A program made the position numbers and the translations under genes. This document shows, one piece after another, positions 62,001-64,000 of a DNA stretch of 64,000 nt. Source of the DNA: an uncultured Rivularia sp. (lineage in GTDB: Bacteria; Cyanobacteriota; Cyanobacteriia; Cyanobacteriales; Nostocaceae); NCBI GenBank assembly GCA_963665115.1, contig OY762007.1, forward strand, positions 8,544,001 through 8,608,000. The letters run 5' to 3'. Under the pieces are notes generated by a model, which worked only from the letters and a program-made list of their open reading frames with translations, did no database searches and had not been told where the DNA came from. The number at the start of each line of letters is the position of its first letter. Within the stretch, counting starts at the first letter, position 1.

Positions 62001-63285
62001 GAGTATCTTTGATAGCTGGACTGGTTTATCGACGCTGGCTGTTGCTTGGATTGTAATTAGTATCGGAAGACGCAATCTAAAATTAAAACCGCTGCTGTAC
62101 TTAGGACTTTTCGGCGTATCAATAGCTGCATACGAACTGTTAATTTATCAACTCACGCAAGCGTCGGGTGGTGCGGTTGGTGATGGTTGGATAATTTTGG
62201 CTACACTTGCTACATTTATTGCCTATGGTTATCGTTTATTATCCCGCTGGTTGACAAGTTATCTAAAACTCAGTTCCCAAGAATTGAAAATATTTGCTCA
62301 TTTTCATTGGGCTTTGGGTAGCGTGTTATTAATAGCAACATTGGGTAATCCTGTAGAAGCTTATAAATTGGCATTAGCAACGGGATTATTATTAAGTTGT
62401 TATGCGATATTTCAAGGAAGAGATAGCAATCAATTATTATCGCAACCAAATTCGAGAAATATTACAGAAGCAGATATTTGGGTTTACATAGGTTTAATAC
62501 AAATTGCTGTTTTCAGATATTTTATTCCACCAGCTTCAATAGTCAGCGTTTTCTTCCAACAAATACGCCCTTGGATAGCAGGGGTTTCCTGTATAGTAGG
62601 CTATTTCGTCTACATTTTACCCTGGGAGCGTTGGGGCTGGCGCAAAAAACCTTGGCAAGTAACAGCATATATTCTTCCCTTATTTTACTTGTGGGAAACC
62701 AGAATACAAATTTATTCTATTTCCTTATTACTTGTAGCTGCTTACTATATTTTCATCGCTAAAATTACCACAAAATTCCGCTTTACCTATATTAGTTTGG
62801 CGTTAGCAAATTGGGTTTTGTGGCGTTGGTTTATCGATTTAAATTTAACCGATGCTTTGTGGTACATTTCCTCAGTCGGTTTATCTTTGTTATATATCGC
62901 TCAATTCGATCCGCAACTCAAGCTACCGCAGCATAAAGCATATCGTCACGGGTTAAGAATTTTTGCTAGTGGAATGATTTGTGGATATGCGACTGTATTT
63001 CATCAAAATCAATTTTGGATACCGGGAATTTTAAGTTTAATTGCCATATTTACGGGATTGGGATTAAGAATACGCGCCTTTTTGTATATTGGCACGGCAA
63101 CATTTTTAATTACAGCTTTCTATCACCTAGTAATATTTACCTTAGATTATCCTTTTCTTAAATGGGTAATAGGTTTGCTAGTGGGAATTACATTGATTTT
63201 CATTGCAGCCAACTTTGAAAGTCGCCGTCAGCAGTTGAATTCTCTACTTAGCAATATTAATAGTGAATTTAAAGAATGGGAATGA
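59094..63285 (+). CDS. Large polytopic membrane protein (DUF2157-like), frame broken at a 58-bp insertion near 61011-61073
   Basis: WLLFLGMFTVVVSSGALAASQW; C-term RIRAFLYIGT...AANFESRR; both ORFs join when the insert is removed. Confidence 0.75.
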
Positions 63286-63372
63286 ATTTTTTAAATAAGT
63301 GTTGTGATAAACATTATTCACGCTTTGTTACCTTTTACCTATTCCCTCTTTTTAAGTATTTAATCTCGCATA

Positions 63373-63738
63373 CTAGTACTTGCCCACGATAATTCTGCGG
63401 GGTGTTGGGAGTGCGAGCATCTTGCTCGCTAGCTTCCAACAGGGAGCGAGACGCTCCCACTACATTTTTATTACCCCGCAAAACTTATGTGGCGCAATAC
63501 TAGTAGTCCTTTTCATTTGTTTTAATGGGTTGTAGAGACGTAGCAGTGCTACGTCTCCCGACGTTAGGTCGAAAACGTACCCCTCAGAATTTATGCAATC
63601 AACTACTAGTATTCCACCACATTAATTTTGCGGGGTTAATAATTGTTCGTAGTTGCGCTTCAGCGCCTCATATTCCAGTATCCGGAGGCGCTGAAGCGCA
63701 ACTACGTACCCCTCAGAATTAATGTGGTGGAGTACTAG
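63373..63738. mobile_element. Three tandem CTAG-bounded MITE-like units, each with a different REP-like hairpin cargo
   Basis: Units 63373-63503, 63500-63609, 63606-63738; unit 3 TIRs CTAGTATTCCACCACATTAATTTTGCGGGG / CCCCTCAGAATTAATGTGGTGGAGTACTAG. Confidence 0.75.
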
Positions 63739-63941
63739 GAACGGAATAAGTAAAATAAATTATAATTTGATACAAAAAAACATTTTTAGTATCGCAATAG
63801 CTTAATAACTGCTAACAGTCATTAGGTTAACAATAAATCAATAAGTTCTTATTTATACTAGTAAATAGCACTTTATTTTATTGTTCGGAGTAAATATAAG
63901 GTTTGCTAAATAACCTTTTTACTTAAGAGTAAAGCCTAAAA

Positions 63942-64000
63942 ATGCAAATTGAAAACGATCGGTACCCAAATCCACAAAAGCAAGGAAACTTTAGTGGTTG
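63942..64000 (+). CDS. Possible start of CDS running out of window
   Basis: ATG then MQIENDRYPNPQKQGNFSG, open to edge. Confidence 0.35.
   Translation, partial: MQIENDRYPNPQKQGNFSG

Noticed and set aside
9278..63161. Numerous short antisense or overlapping ORFs inside long genes
   Set aside because: Shadow ORFs without motifs, overlapping well-supported CDSs
63525..63722. ORF 63525-63722, and likewise 7375-7662 and 52335-52532
   Set aside because: Read through palindromic or low-complexity repeats; not credible proteins

Overview
AT-rich chromosomal window from a filamentous, probably heterocyst-forming (Nostocales-like) cyanobacterium. This is inferred from frequent HIP1 octamers (GCGATCGC), heptameric STRR tandem repeats in many intergenic regions, and cyanobacteria-type genes (multi-GAF cyanobacteriochrome kinase, RRM protein, pentapeptide proteins). 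No rRNA, tRNA, CRISPR array or transposase gene was recognised. It is an accessory-type region with about 50 CDSs, many true gene remnants (Fic, CHAT, sat, SLC13, rhodanese, OmpR-type fragments) and about eight otherwise intact genes broken by extra bases in short homopolymers, probably sequencing errors. Highlights: (1) a tandem array of five mosaic ComJ/Nin-like (nuclease-inhibitor/immunity-like) paralogues with a repeated structured leader, downstream of a decapitated orphan ORF; (2) an LRR-Roc-COR (Roco) GTPase fused to a caspase-like CHAT protease, whose LRRs are nearly identical in DNA except at predicted ligand-facing positions; (3) many non-autonomous elements (MITE shells carrying GTAG-REP-like hairpins, three CTAG-joined elements in tandem, in-frame insertions into proteins). 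Family assignments come from motif recognition only; no database search was run.
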